Shown here one piece after another: positions 13,331-27,700 of a stretch of DNA of 64,000 nt; the first letter of the stretch is position 1, and each line of letters starts with the position of its first letter. The notes beneath the pieces are model-generated. The model was not told where the DNA came from and ran no database searches. It was given only the letters and a program-made list of their open reading frames with translations. The position numbers and the translations under genes were made by a program. The DNA comes from Raillietiella orientalis (Eukaryota), in contig JAYWIR010000040.1 of the NCBI GenBank assembly GCA_036172245.1, forward strand, positions 1,054,001-1,118,000. Reading direction: 5' to 3'.

Positions 13331-13889
13331 AAACGTGCTTCCGGGAAGGGGGCGAGAGCCAAAAGCTCTCCCCAGGCGCTTCCATACCGACCATCATCAG
13401 CGCAAGGATGACCCGCATTCGCTGACCCTTCACTGCAGCGAGCGACAGGCAAGGATGCTCTCTCTCTCACTCTTCGGACCTCGTTCCAGGTCTCAGCTTT
13501 GGCTCTGCCTTCATCATGAAACGCGCGGAAAGGCATTCAGCTGCTCCCGCATCTACGTGGCATGAGACCGCCTGCTGAATACTGATACATCTTCTCGAAA
13601 ACCTATTTGCTTGGGGCGAGCGAAAGACGCCAAAGCGGCGCATAATTAGAACCACCGCGGAGGTCGTCCGCCTGCTCGATGACGCGCGTCCCCACCTAAT
13701 GAAGGATCGCGACACTTGCCGCTCGACACTTTCGTGTGTATATATGTGGGAGCAGCGCCGCACCAGGTCGAACATTCTCCAGGACCGCCAAGAGCCTCCG
13801 TTCAGCGTGGGTACTTGGCAGCTCGTAACAGCACCCCTACGCCTTGCGACAGAACCATCTGGAACCAGTTGGATTGCTCGAAGGCACCA

Positions 13890-15294
13890 ATGCTTCCCGT
13901 TATCGGAACTATTATCCTGTGCTCCTGCATTTATCCTCCGTTCGCCGCACTCCAGGTACGGAGATCTGCGTAAGCGAGCGCACGCACTAAATTTTTGCAT
14001 CATGTTAGACGAATGGACGGTACTTTCCGCAGCACGTGGATACGGAACGGGAGATGAAAGAAGAGGAAAGTCACTGTAGGTTCACCATTCATCCCGGAGA
14101 GAAGTACGAAACCCCCTTGTCGACCGCAACTGGCACCTGTTACTATATAAGCGATGTGAGTTGCAACTTTCTCAGTCCGCTCGTACAATCCCATGACACA
14201 GGACGCTCCATTTGCACAGGAAAACTTCGTCTTGAGAATCACAGTGAGGAGAAATTCAGTTAATTATGACACGTGCAACCATTCTAACGAGACTACAGGA
14301 TTTGTAGAGATCGAAGATGCCATAAGAACGAAAAGGTGAGAGCGCTTCGGTTGGTGTCTCCGACTTTCCGACGTTTTCCGGCGACGTTGCTGAGGGGAAT
14401 TCTTTGCTGACCACCAGCGTTGCTTTCTATTCGCGAGGAGCAACGCAGGTCGTGCTGACATTCGTGCACGAAGCCTTCCTGGTCACTACTTGGGAGCCCT
14501 CCCACGGGGGACGGGAGGTTTGGTTCGCGAGCTGCTCTTGCATGAAGAGTGGGGAACGCGGTCTGAACAACACCCTTTCCTCCCGGGACCGACTCTTTCC
14601 GGGAAAGAAAGTGCGACCACTTCCCTGGAGTAACAACCACTGTGCTCTACGCAGCTTCTAATTTCTTTTCCTCCCATCCAGGTTTTCGATGAAGAATTTG
14701 CAAAAGGAGTTCCTGCACAATGCAGTTGGCGTTACTGAGATCAAAGTGAAATGGGACATATATTCTGGATACGTTGTGATGGTATTGGAAGCCTTCGCGT
14801 TCCCGGACAACCCAGTGGAAATTGGCAACGGGGAAGCTTCGTTGCCGTTGCTCAAAGTGATATGCTCGCCTTTCGAGAGCTTGGATTTCGTCCAACTCAA
14901 TGTAAGTGGCAAGCATTTCTTGTGGGAGCGGCTGCAGGCAGCTGTGGCTGCTCCCGTCACTTATTCGGAAGGTTTCCGAACAAGCCTGCGACTCACTTGC
15001 AAAGATTGCCTGAGATGTGAAAGAATACAACGACCTCTGACTTCGTCTACTTCTGCTCCTTAGAATCCTGAAAGCAAAGAAGTTGTCCTGAATACAGATC
15101 CGAAAAATCCGGACAAAAACTACGACCTGTACGTCGTCTCCCATTTTACGCGAAGCAACGAGGCAGAGATGGTGAACGTTCGTAATGGCACAGCGAGTGG
15201 GACATTGAGAATCCTCGAAAGGATAAATTACGTTTTTAGGACTACAAATGAATTCAGCAGTCCCAATGTGATGGTAGTCTTTACGCACAAGTAG
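13890..15294 (+). CDS. 5-exon gene for an uncharacterised 251-aa putatively secreted protein (exons 13890-13955, 14033-14155, 14220-14335, 14682-14901, 15064-15294)
   Basis: All four introns are GT..AG with consistent phases (0,0,2,0), giving 756 nt of open frame. Exon 1 is the signal-peptide-like MLPVIGTIILCSCIYPPFAALQ. Mature region runs HVDTEREMKEEESHCRF...PNVMVVFTHK with 4 Cys and sequons NHS, NET, NGT. AATAAA at 15367-15372. A diverged paralogous exon at 27978 conserves the acceptor and frame. Confidence 0.85.
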
Positions 15295-15408
15295 AGGCAG
15301 AATGACTGGAGCCGTTCAGCGGTGAATGCCCGTCATGAAAATCATAATGGAAACCGAGTGTACGGAAATAAAACATCTTCAGGGATTGGTTTGAGATGAT
15401 TTCGCACG

Positions 15409-18400
15409 GTCCATCGGTCGTGCATCGGATTCCTTGAGCCAAATTCCATCCTCCAAAAGTTCCTCCAGGTCAACGTGTTTCGGACGTGGAGCGTTGTCCG
15501 CAGTGCCTCCCGGAATCCATTCCCACGCACGCCGAAAACAGCAAGAAGGAAAAGCAGGAACTGCATGACGGATTGGGCCGTTCCTCAAACCAAAGACGGG
15601 AAGCCGCAGTTTGCGCCCTCCCAATCGTTTGGTCTTCCGGTGGCCGAGAGCGAAGCAGGCGTCATGGTGCCAGAACTGCTTGACCCCATTTGCGACGAGG
15701 CATCCATTCCTACGGTCAGCACCAGGCTCTGCAAGATCCGCCTGGAGAAAGAGAAGAGAAAAATACGGATTTCAAGCGACGCGTTGATTCCTCTCGGGAA
15801 ATCTGAAAAGTGACCGCGTGTTCACAGAATGGCTTCACGACCTTTTGGGTCAGGTCAAAGAATCGCAACTACGACAAGAGTAGTCCCCGCCAATTCTCGT
15901 CGGCGGACTCAACTGCTGACCACGAGTCCCAATGGTGCAAGCGAACCGCATTTCCGCTGCAGGGACGCGATTCCGCATCGGCCTTAGGGAAGCCTCTGCA
16001 GAAAACTGCTGTCCTCCCACACACGCGTCAGTTCAAACGAGAGGAGCGTGGATAATCGCAGGATGCCTGCAGGTGGATCGTTTTTCGGCCAGGCCCAGTC
16101 CACGGCGCTGTCGCTCCCGTCCGCTGCGTGCTCAGACTGGCCAGCGGGTGCGGGTGCTTGAAGTGAAGGCGGTGTCGCCCGACGGTTGGACACACTTCCC
16201 TGCTGAACGAGCGGAGCACCCTGGAGACGGTTGTGCGGTGGCCAGTGGGCAATGGCTGAGCCCTCCAATCCTATCCATAGGCGAGGTGCTGGCTGGAATC
16301 GCTTGCGCGCTTGGTCGAGTGGATTTCGCTGCAATTGCACGGACGGTATGGCAGTCGCCCAAATCGTCGTCGCCTGCTGCACCATCCTGGAGATTTCATC
16401 CTGATTGTGGTTTCCTCCCTCAACGTTCCCAATTCCAACCACGACCGGAAACTTTGGGCCTCCTTGCTGGCCAGCGAGAGGTCACTTGTCACGAACAGCG
16501 AGTTGGTCATTTCTACTACACGTTGATGGATAGAGGGCCGTATCTTGTGGTTAAGTGGCCGAGTTCGGCATGGTATCTTGGACAGAGAGCCAGTAACGTG
16601 TTTTCCTGCCGCTGCTCTCATTCGTTTGGCGGAATCCTGGAAAGCAAAAAGACTGGCGGTGTAGAGTGTAAACACGAAAATCTGGAATGACAGCTGTGCA
16701 TCCCGGAAATGCAACTCCTGCTCAGCGGATTGGCGTTGGCGTTCCGTCTTCTTCCTAGTGTTGCGGGAAGGAGATGCATTTGGCAAACTTGTCGCCCACG
16801 TGCAACATTGCGCGACCCAACTGCTGCCTCGCTTTCCTTCGCTGTGGGCACTCTTCGTCATGCTGAATCGCAAACGGTGGCGAACGCGTCATCACCACCC
16901 GATCACATGACGAAATTTGAAGCGCTTCCTCCTGGATCACCGTACCGGGATTTCGCTCGCGCGATCGCCTATCCGGAAGCAGGAACCAGGAAGAGTAGCA
17001 AACTGCACGGATTTCCTGAAGGGAGCAACTCCAACCAGCTTGCCGGCCGCCAACTTCGTGTGGCCGCCTCCCAAACATCCCTTGCTTTCGAAACGCCGCG
17101 CGCAACGCATTTCGGGAGCTGTTGCGGTTGTGCAATCCCAATTGGCTCGCGTTCGCCCAGTGCCTTTGCATGTGACGAACTTGTCATCGTCATCATCGGA
17201 AGCAAATTCGAGCGTTCAACGCTGCTCTTTGCGTTTCGTCGATGGAACGCCCGTTGCATGTTGCGAGTCGCGAACTGCTGCTGACCTACGTCCTCAAACG
17301 ATGGCAGCATGCGGGCTCCACTTCTGGTTTCGTGCTCAGCGGGTGCTCATTTGCTTTGGAAAAACGAAACTTTGAGAGGAGCGGATGCATTTTCCCGTGG
17401 GGCACCCGAAGTCCATGGAAGATAGCCGAAGAAAGCGGCCAAGGAATACCTTGGGATAGGAAATCGTCTCGGTGGGCTGCTTGCTGAAGAAGGAACGTGA
17501 CTTTCTTTGGGCATCCTTCGAAAGAGATTTTGCGTGTTTGCATCATTGCGTGCGTGCCAAACATCAACTTTCTCCCTGCGGCAGGCGAACCTCATCCGTC
17601 GTCGTCCAAGTACATTTGGGCTCGAGGACATCAATTCGAGTATACTGGCTGGGTTGAAAGCTGCGACAGCTGAAAGGTGCCCCGAGGAACGCCCTGCTTC
17701 CTTCTTGCAGCCCATACAAAAATTCGTTTGGCGAATGTTCTCGCAAGGCGTGAGACACACAATCGAAGAATGGGAATGTTGAGCATTGCAAGTGCGACGC
17801 TGGTCGAGCGGGAAGGAAGCTCAAATGCATCCCTCCGATGCACTGATGGGGAGGAGGACTGAGGTCTTCCACGGACGTCGCACTAGCTGAGCACGGGTTG
17901 ATGAAAGCAAGGCCAGAGGAGGGTAGCGAGATAGCCAAGTCGCTGAGCGCACATGGAGACCTGTTGGCGCCATTGCAGTGCGGATCGTACAATGCGAGCG
18001 TGGGAAGGGAATGGCGTTGGCATTCGGCACACAAGAGTGCGTGTGACATGGGCGGCTCTCGTCCAGGGACATTCCGCGAAGAGCGCTCTTTCCGTCCGGT
18101 TGCCAGTTCCAAACTTGAAATTCCTGGAGGTGAACCGGGACGCGGGCGTGCGTGCGCGGGCTGCCGTCGACGCGTGTGCGCCCACGGTGCTTTTTCTTGC
18201 AAGGTGCGAGCAGATGACGGGCGATCGAAAGTTTGCGACTGCGACGGCGAAGAGCGCCGTCGTTCGAGCGGCGCTCGCTGAGTGATTTCTCCAGAAAAGA
18301 AAGTTGCCCCCTTTCGTGGGAACACCCGAGTCCACCTGCCAAGTGGATGCCGGTTTGGTGCGATGCAAGGGACCCTGTCGCTTCCTGACAAATGAGCGAC

Positions 18401-21400
18401 ATGATGGGATGCGATCGATCTGCCCTCAGCTGTTTCACCGCAGTCTTTCGAGGGCGTGCAGGCGAGGAGACAGCAGGGGGAGCATGAAATATTGCGGCGC
18501 AAATGGTCCGTGCTTTCGAGAAAGTTCTTGGTGTTTAGAGGATCGGAAGTGCCCTCGCAAGGCGGAGACTCCCCGCGGAATTTCCTTCTTAGCCGCGCGA
18601 AAGCCTGTACGACACGGTCCTTCGCAGCTTCATGCCGAGGAAGAGAAGGCTTGGCGGCGCGGATAGCAAACCGGAAAGTCGAAATCTCGAAAGTTGGCCG
18701 ACGCACGTGTTTGCTGCATCTCTTTCGCATATTTGCCCACGTGATAAATACATTGGAGACGAAAATGCAAGCACCGAATTATTAACTTTAAAAGAAATGG
18801 TGTCGATGATAACTGGAGCATACCAAGTGCATAAATAGTCACATATTCAATGAGTGTAAATTCAAATGTATCTGTCGATGCGCGTTTGTGTACCTAATAA
18901 GCATGTATGTTTACTTTCTTTGCAGCACATACGTTCTTAGTGGGCACTTTGGTACACTTCCCTTTGGAAGCAATCCTACGTATGTTGGTAAACGTTGGTG
19001 AGGATCGACGTTGCAAGCAACTTTGCGCATTCCTCTGCCCGTGCAAAAGTGCACACATGCATATTCATGTATAGAGTAAGGTGGAACACGTGTATTTTGC
19101 ATCTTTCCAATGTGCATCGACCTTACCAATTCAGACGCACCAACAGAGGTAACGAGGGTTTCGATTTCTTTTTTTTTTTTTAATCTTTCGGGACTCAGGG
19201 ATGCGGGAGTTTCGATTCGGAGATTTGGACGTTCGGGGTTTTGCAGCGATCCCGGCCTTGGCCTACCTTCGGAGCAATTCGAATTCGGGACACGACATTC
19301 CTGAGGAAGCTGGGCTCAGCAGCCCTCTCACCGAGGGCGGCAGCTGCGCTCGTCGGAAAGTCTTCACGAAAAAACCTCCCGGAACTGCTCTTCGGCAAGG
19401 GGCAACTCGGTACGACTCCTCCCTCGTCTTCACGCCATGTGCCGCATTTCCGAAAATGCTGAAGATGAGCATTTCAGGAAAACCGGAAGAGATGCGTGCA
19501 GATCGAAAGCAGAATGCGAGGAACGGAGACCTCTGGTCACTTCCGATCGGAGCGCCGTCCAGCGATTCAAACGCGCTTCAGCCCAGCGCATCATCTTCGA
19601 CGGGCACTGCAAGTTCTTTTTTGCCATGTTGGGGGGGTTACGGCCGAACGGGTGAACTGTTCCTTCCACGCAGGTCCTCGGCTCGCTCTCTCCTTCCCCC
19701 TCTGAGATGCTGCGTGATCACCCCCGGCATCGCGTCGAAACGGGATTCCACCTGCGCTCGAACCGTGCAAGAAGGTCCACAGCTGAAGAACGCCGATCAC
19801 CTTTTGTCGCGACGTCCGCTCGCGCAGCTGCCGCAGCGGATCCCCTCGTGCAAACGGCCAACGTCGAACTCTGCTGGCGTGCGTAGCGCCCCAATGGGCG
19901 AGGATTTTGAGATGAGGGGGGCGATCGCCGAGCGAGAAGATTGCGCACAACACGAAGCAATGCGGTTGCCGCGGAGTGCTGCGGACTTGCAGAAGCCGGA
20001 GGCGAATCCACGCGACGTCCGTATCCAAGCAGGAACGGGAAGAAATCCTGCCGGCCGGCGATGTTCCTTCCATCCCGATGCCCCAGGGCCAACCCGTGGA
20101 TGCGGTCCTCGATGTCGTCCGCCATATCGGGCCGGCAGCGGCTCGAATCTCTCTCGAGCTCGGATGCGAGGGGTGGTCGCTTCCGAAACGGAAAAGAGGC
20201 ACCCCCGCGTGAGATGGGATCGCTAACACTTTGCCGTGCGCTTCACCTTTCGGAAATTTGGAGAGTGCGTGAACCTCGGTGTGCAGCCGGTTCGCCGCGG
20301 GGCTGCAGAGGAACGAACAAATCCAAGGGGAGAGTCCTGGCACTACCGCGGGAAGTTGGTTTCCGAAAGCGGTGCGTGAGCTGCTCTCGCACCACGCGCA
20401 GCCGTTCCACCTGCTGAAGTGCTTCATCGGATGGATGGAAGAGTTCAGTTGCCCTTCCAGCCTCGGAGGAGAAGGTTCCCGCATGTGTTCCCGCTCGACG
20501 GTCAGCAGGCAAGGAGTCTCGACCGCTGCCTACCTGCGGTGCGACACCGCAAGGAGACTCTCCTTCCCTTGACAACAAGGCTACACACCGTTGCACATGT
20601 TCCGATCCTCAACACCGACTGACGTCCTTCCGCGGAAGCGCTGCAAGAGAATTTGCAGACGTTGGCACTCTTTCCCTGGCACCTTCTGGCACGCTCGCAT
20701 CTCTCGCCGGGCGATTCTGCGACGGCTGCGAAGCGACGAGACTCTCTTCCGGTGAGGTCCCGCGTGCTGCGAATGGACGAGAGAAGTTGACCGTTCCTCC
20801 TTCCTGGCATTTCGTCCGTGACATGGTGATGTCCTCTACTTGCACGTCGAACGACGTTCATCCGCGCTCTATCGTGTTCTTCTTACGAGGACACGCACGA
20901 AAACGTGCAACCAATCGCTGCTCGTCCCGAGGAGCGGGTCGAACGAATCGTTCGCCGGGAGGAGATGGGAGATCGTCGCTGACGAGTCCTGGATCAGACG
21001 GAATGTTCGCTCGTAACCGGGGCTCGCGGGCGAAACGCTCGGACCGCTGCGTGCATGGAGATGAGACCCCGCAGATGATCCCAAGTTGTCGATCGGAAGC
21101 CGCCGATGCCGGAGATTCTCCGCATCCTGCGAGACCCCGCATGTGATCGCTGGCGGCGACATCGCCGCACAGCACGACGCACCGAAGAAGCTCGAAGGGC
21201 AGATCGCGCGTGCTGCACGGCGAGTGCGCGTGCGAGCCGCGACGGTCGACCTGAACAGCTCCATGCGACCACCGAGAGAAGAGCCTTCTTAGACTGTTGC
21301 TGGAAGCACTGCTGCTCCAGGAGGAGCGGTCGTCCTCCAGGATGAAGCGCCGCCCCTGTCGACGATCCGACACGAAAACCCTTTGACCTGAGGAAAGAGG

Positions 21401-24400
21401 CTGCTCGCATCGACTCCACGACCCTTGACGGTCCGAGGGCACTCTCGCTACGTTGCCACCCGGTCAAGCCGGGACGTTTATCGCAAACTGACAACCATTG
21501 CAGTGCAAGGCCTTTCTGCGGCCAAGACAACAAGGGACCTGCCGGGTCGTCGGTACGCAGACCGACTTGACTCTCCACGGCATCGGAGGGGGATGGGGAA
21601 AAAACAAAAGGAAACATAAAATAAATAAACAATAAAATTGAAAAAACAATAGTTCTTCGAAGGGTCGGGAAGGGATCACGGTCCCTTTGATTCCATCTTT
21701 TGCAGGATGCGACGAGGTGCTTCTGCCTGTTTCCCAGGTGGGACCATCGGGTTGCTATTCGCAGGAGGCGAACCGCGTACTCGATGACGTCCGTATCGTT
21801 TGCATCTTTTACTTCGTCGGATCCACTCCAGGCCGCCACAATACCGCGGATTCAGCTGAGCGCTGCTAAGGCTGCGGCTCGCTACGGGGCGTCCCGCACG
21901 AAGAGGAGCCGAAAAACATCTCCAGGAGGGCTGCCCTCCGGAGATGTCGTCCCGAAACGTTCCAAAAGGGGCCGGAGGGCGACACTGTCAAGAAGCAGGT
22001 TTGCGGGGAGGATTCCCGTTCCCCGCACCTGGCACAGTTCGGATTCACTCGGCCCGCTACCTGCGAATCGCGATCGGCTGGTCCCATCTGGGAGCTATGA
22101 CGAGGGACCTCGAGGGCATCCTGGAAAGGATGGTCTCTTCCTCACGCGGGCTGTGATCCGTTGCCGGCCTTCCAAATAGTTTCTTTCTTTTTTTGAATGT
22201 TTCATTTTTTTTTCTATTTGTTTTACCCCCTATCCCCTCCGCTGCCTTAGAGAGTCAAGCCGGTCTGCGAACCGGCTTCCTGGCAGGTTCCGTGAACTAT
22301 TGGCGGTAGCCGGGCCTAGAACCGCAAATCCAAAGTGTTTAGTAATAAACGCCCCGTGAACGGCGTGACCGGGTGACAACGCCCCATGTCCAGTGGTGGC
22401 GGCGCGCGTTGCAGGGGAGACCCCAGTGCAACAACATAAGCGCCGACTCCAGCCACTTTAGGGGAAGGAACCTTCCACCGGTTATCACTGGGGGTCATCC
22501 ATCGAGATGCCGGGCAGCTCTCCCCATTTCTTCAGTCCTCGCGGAAGGACGCTCGGGGTCGTGGCGTCCGCCAGCTCTCCCCTGGTCCAACCGCTCATCA
22601 ACTTTTCTCTGCCTGCTATACGGCAAGAGACTTGCCACCTCGGCATCCGGCTGCTAACGAGGGCTCTCCGTAGGAAGGGCTGCGCCGTAGCTAGTCAGGT
22701 CGTCTCTGCCCACGTCCTCCTGGCTGGACACTCCAGGATCTCGCGCAGCGTGCAGCGGGCGTAGCGGCTGCGTAGCAGACGATTCCACGTCTCGTGGCTG
22801 CTCTCATTCACTACCGCCCACGTGCCAACTCTTTCTTCCACACATGCGCTCGAGTTGCCGCGGCTGCAGATCATCCACCCGTTCTCCTTCGCCAGCGCGG
22901 CCGTGCGTCCGAGGAGAAGGCCGCATCTTCTCATCTTCTTGCCGCGGCACATAGGATGAGATGCAATTCCTCCCGTTCCGGATACACGGCTGACGAGAAG
23001 ACGGGTCGGAACGCACCAAGGGGTGCTCCAAAACTTCGCAGCGACGGCCAACGTTTGCCATCGCAGCTGAATTTCCATCCGCTCCAACGTCAAGAGTTCT
23101 AGAGCGCCATCCCGACGTGGAGCACACAAGTCCATCAAAGGGACTCTGGCCTCCCGTTTCCCCAAACGGCGATGCGCACGAGGTCCTTCGTCCTTTTCTT
23201 TATTTCCACGGGAACGGAGCAAACAAAAAGTAGGGGGCGAAGGATGGGGGCCGCAAAGTTTGCGTTCCATACCGCGGCCCGTTCCGGAAGTGAGACTTGC
23301 CCTCCAGGAACGGGCCGATCGCCAACTCCACTTTCTGGAGACGATCCGCCCAGGCTTCTGACGGGCAGAAGTACCCCTACGGAACACTAAGGTACTACAA
23401 GTACCCGCCCGCACCCTCCTGCACCTGCAGCCAGCTTCTGGCTCGTGCCCCCAGCTTCCGCTCCCTCTCCTCGTTCGGCAAGCGCTCATGTGGTCGGCAC
23501 GGGTGCGCCCGCTTCCTTTCGTGACGGAGGCGTTCCTCGTCCACGCAAACCGGGTCGTTCGTAGAGCTGCCCTCTGGCAGATGCAACAGCATTGCTTCCG
23601 TGCTCACGGGACCAAGGACGTTTCCGAAGAAGCGGTCGATCGGTCAGCAACTCCGCAAGTGGTCGACAGCCGCCCACTTAATGGATTCACAGCCGTCCTC
23701 GTGCCTTCGCAACCTCCCGACGCTTCGATGGTGTCGCGACCATCGACTTGCGGCTCATCCATCACACGGAACGGCTCACCGCTCAGCTGCTGTCTTTTCC
23801 CTTTCCTCCTTTTCTCGTTCCTGCAGTCCTCGGGAGAGGCAAACAAGCAAGAATCAGCCAGCGATGCTCCCGGTTCGCCATTTTTCCGCCAGCCTGCTGG
23901 CGTTTTGCTGAGAATCCTTGCGAGTCGGCCTCCGCTCCCCGCCGATCTGCGCGCGCGTGGCACCCGCGAGTGACGCGAAAATTCGCGCGCACCCCAAACG
24001 CGAAGCGTCGCGCGCCTCCCGCGCATCAGCCAATCAGGAGGCAGATTGGCATCGCACGCGAGCGACCTGCAGCATCCGATCGGATGGGCGATGCCGAGAC
24101 TTCCTAGGCGGATGCGTCGTGGCGAAGCGCGCAGGCGGTTTTCGTCCGGTTGCTGGACCTCAGGATAGGCACCTATACTTGGATTATTTCAAGACATTAA
24201 TGCACGTGATACGCACGTACATGGAGTTGTTGTGATCCCTCATCCAGTGTGTACCTACAAAGCAGCCAACAACTCGTTGGTATCACCACTCCCTAGAAAT
24301 CCGTCTGTGCAAAGAACGTGGCTGTCACCAAGATGCACGTCCCTCAAGCTGGTGAAGATCTGCGCATGGTGAAATCAATCTGTAGCTGAATGTGCGTGGA

Positions 24401-24706
24401 ATCAGCGCGCCTTCCTTTGAGTGTCGACAGCTTTCGGGATTTTTGATGGGCAGCGATTCGCGAGCGTGCGGCCGCTTCCGATGAAAGTGTCCCCGACGGG
24501 GGGCGTCCGCGCGTTCCCTTCGACTTCCGACTCCCCCTCGCGAGGCACGAATGGCTCCTTCGCCTTCCGCAGCCGCTTTCTCGAGAAGCGCGCCTTCACG
24601 CTCGCCAAACGACACTCCCACGACACGATCGAGTGGGATTCGCCGCAGTGGCCGATCCCGCTTTCCTGAAGAAACCATGCCGCGACCCCATTCGTGCTGG
24701 GAACTT
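15409..24706 (-). repeat. Right arm of the giant inverted duplication (may extend further right)
   Basis: Mirror of 1-9291. Paired coordinate sums are 24707/24693/24699/24700, reflecting a few small indels. Confidence 0.97.
21451..23404 (-). mobile_element. Mirror copy of the L1/Tx1-like fragment, with its nested 3' fragment at ~22065-22381
   Basis: Reverse complement of 1303-3248 within the right arm. It retains a 14-nt stretch (ctgcacgctgcgcg region) missing from the left copy. Confidence 0.75.
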
Positions 24707-27700
24707 CCCCACGAACGGACTTTCCGAGCGGGAACGGAGGTGCCTGGGAAGCGCATGCTGCTCCCAGCATCCCGAAAGGTGTTCCTGCTCGGATGGAGTG
24801 CAACTCCGGAATGACGTCAGCAAAGTGCGATGCCGACTGCAGGACAACCCATAATCCCGTAAGCGCGCGCCTGACCTGGATGCGCACCTTGCGAAGAAAC
24901 CTTCTTCCGTCCGCCAACGGGTAACGCGCAAGAGGTTTCCATCCACTCTTCGCTAGCCGCCCTCCCTAAACGGGTCCTCCATTTCTTTGCAGAGGGATTG
25001 GCGCCAAAGATTTGCATGAGGATCCCTAACTTGGCGCTTGGTCCGCAGTAGCACCGGTGGAGACTGTCGCGGAAGGTGCCTTGTGCCTTCCAGACCGTCC
25101 GGTGCAAGGGAAGCAAAGGAATTGCAGGATCAGTCGATGCAGGGGAAGAACGGGATAGGAAAATCAAGCGGCGTTCCAACGTGCGTCACAGGAGTTGAAC
25201 GAACTGGTCTCCATTTCCGCGGAGCTGCAGGCATTCCCTCCCGTCGCCCGTCCCGGCCGTGTCTGATGTTTCCCATCTCCCGGCGCGTCTGGATGCGGAT
25301 TCCTCTGTATCGTTGCAATCCGTGCTGAGTGCTGCTATCGGTGAGTTCCGGCAGCTTTGTGGATTGGCGCACCTGCATTGCTGGGAATGCACTTTTTATT
25401 TATTGTGCGAAGATGTAGCTCCTTGGGAGTGAGAATTCCCACGACTTCATCTGCTGTCCATCGACCCCGGAGAAGCCGGACGTGCGATCGGGATCCGCTT
25501 GACTGAGGTGTTCCTTCGGTGTCCATTCAGAGCTCGCGTTCAGTCGCAGCCCCAATGCGGTCCAGAGAAGTTTCACATCTAAAGCTCGAACCGGGTCGCA
25601 GACATGTATGCTTCCGAAGAATTCCACACGCTCCGGGAGCCTGAACATCTCCTGCTTGTAGCTTGTTACCATGGCGTCGTTATCCCCACCCCTTGCAGCA
25701 GAATTGGCCCCTTGCTGACCACCAACTGCAGTCTTCGACGCTCGGGCAGCCTGAGCCGATGTCGCATCAAGCATTTCCGGTCCTCAAGAGACGCTCATCC
25801 TTGCTAGCTGGCTCATCCTTCCGAGGAAGGCGTTATGCAGGAAAGGCCACGCCCTCGCTTTGTTCTCGGTGACCCGCTCCCGCTCTGCAGAGTCGATGCT
25901 CGGTGTGTTGATCCCCTGGAGATGCACCACTTGCGAAAGCTGCCGTCCCATGTGAGCTTCTAGCACGCGAGATCCGACAGCAGCAAGAAAGGGGGGGTTC
26001 TCCCTCGTTTCCCCGAAGTGACTGGACGCGTCAAAAGAGAAGTTTGCAGCGTCTGCCGCCACTCGCACGTTGAGACGAAACCGTCAACGGAATGAAGATG
26101 GTGAGCTTCCATCCGCAGTACCGGTGATCCACGGAGGGCACATCGAATCGGTTTTTCTCGTCCTTCGATGTCGGCTGGCCGAGAGCGTCCCGTCTCCGAC
26201 GGTGTCCGGGAGTGCACCGCGCTCGCAGGACCGTGTGTCGGCGCAACCCACTACCGGAACCCAACATCCGCCAGGGAAAAAAGCGCTGAACGGTGGACAG
26301 AGGAGGCGAACGCCTTCTACTGACCCGCGACAATTCCTTGAATGCAGTTTGGAAGGTGGGGGCGGAGATGCCGTTTTCATCAGGAAGCGAATCCCTTCCG
26401 CTCCCTCGTTCGGATGCCCGCTTCCCTTGAGCGGCAGGAAGGCGCTCAGCAGCTCGGTCGTTCTCTCAGGAGGAGGACGAAGAAGTGCGTTTGACAAGAC
26501 CGAAATCCCTCGTGCGCAGGATCTCCAGTGGGTCAGGTCGGAAGCGGAATGCAAGTCGGCGGCCAAGGGTCGCAAGGAAGCCCTTCTCTCTGTCAGCTGT
26601 CATTCCTGACAGCATCCCTGCAGTCCCTCGTCGCTCCGCAGTTGCAGATGCAGGCGGCGAACCTGTTTTCCTCTGGGTGCTGAAGAAAAAAAATGCCCTG
26701 AGAGACGTCCGAAAGCGAAGCGGCCGCCTCGGCGGACTTCTGCCTGTGGAAGGGAGAATCGACCGTCCGCACGAGGACGGCATCCCTTCGAAATTGCGCG
26801 GGGCCAATCGTTACAAGGGTGAAGAGGAGGAGCACTGTACGGCGACCACCGCAACGGTGAGCTGGCAGTAGGGACGAGGCCGAAAAAATTCCTAAAGTGA
26901 GCAAAAGTGCAGCGACCTTCTCCGCCGGCGTCGGTGGTGCCCATGCCATGGCGTTCGGTGCGTCGGCGTTTCACGAAGGAAGAGAATCACGTAGGCCACC
27001 ATTTCGTAGCGCTTTATCGGCGAGACGAGTGCTGCATTTCTCTCGCGGAGCGCTGTATCACCCACGCGAAGGAAATTCGCACGCTGAGATGAGGATCTCC
27101 ATCGAGGGTGGCTGCGGAGCGAAATGTCACCGGACGGCTCCTCGGGAACACCTCCAACGTACAACACACTTCTGTCCTTCTTTCTTATGGAGGAGTGTTT
27201 CGACTCGTCGGCGATTTCCGCCAGTCCACGACAAACGCTTCTCACCATGGGAATTGTGAAGATTCTGGTGGCTGGGTTTGCCGCCAAACTGCCGCAGGAA
27301 GATTCGCTTCCTCGTGGCTTCCTTGAACCCGACCTTCCACATCGGAGATTCCCTTGCGGGAAACGGCAGAGAAAATCTCGGATGGACGGATGAACGAGGT
27401 GGCCGCTGCTTTCGATCCTTCCTGGCATTTTCCGTGGTTCCGGCAGCTGCAGTCATCTTGCCAGCCCATGCTGCGCGCATCCGCGCCGTGGGCATTGCTT
27501 GCCTCCTCCGACACGAATACCGTTTCCTCCCGGATCGTGCAGCATCCACTTTCCAGACGTGAGATCGTTCATTGGGGCGCGCCCAAGTTCCCCACTGCCC
27601 CGTGACCACCTGGACACGGCGTGAGTCCAAGCAGCTGCCCATCCCCCCTCTCCGGTTCGGCACAGGTCGTAGTGTCGGCGGAATAACGACGCCGTGCGTC

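Noticed and set aside
14647..15288. 213-aa minus-strand ORF with similarity to 28095-28283
   Set aside because: Antisense to the spliced plus-strand gene. The splice signals and conserved frame are on the plus strand.
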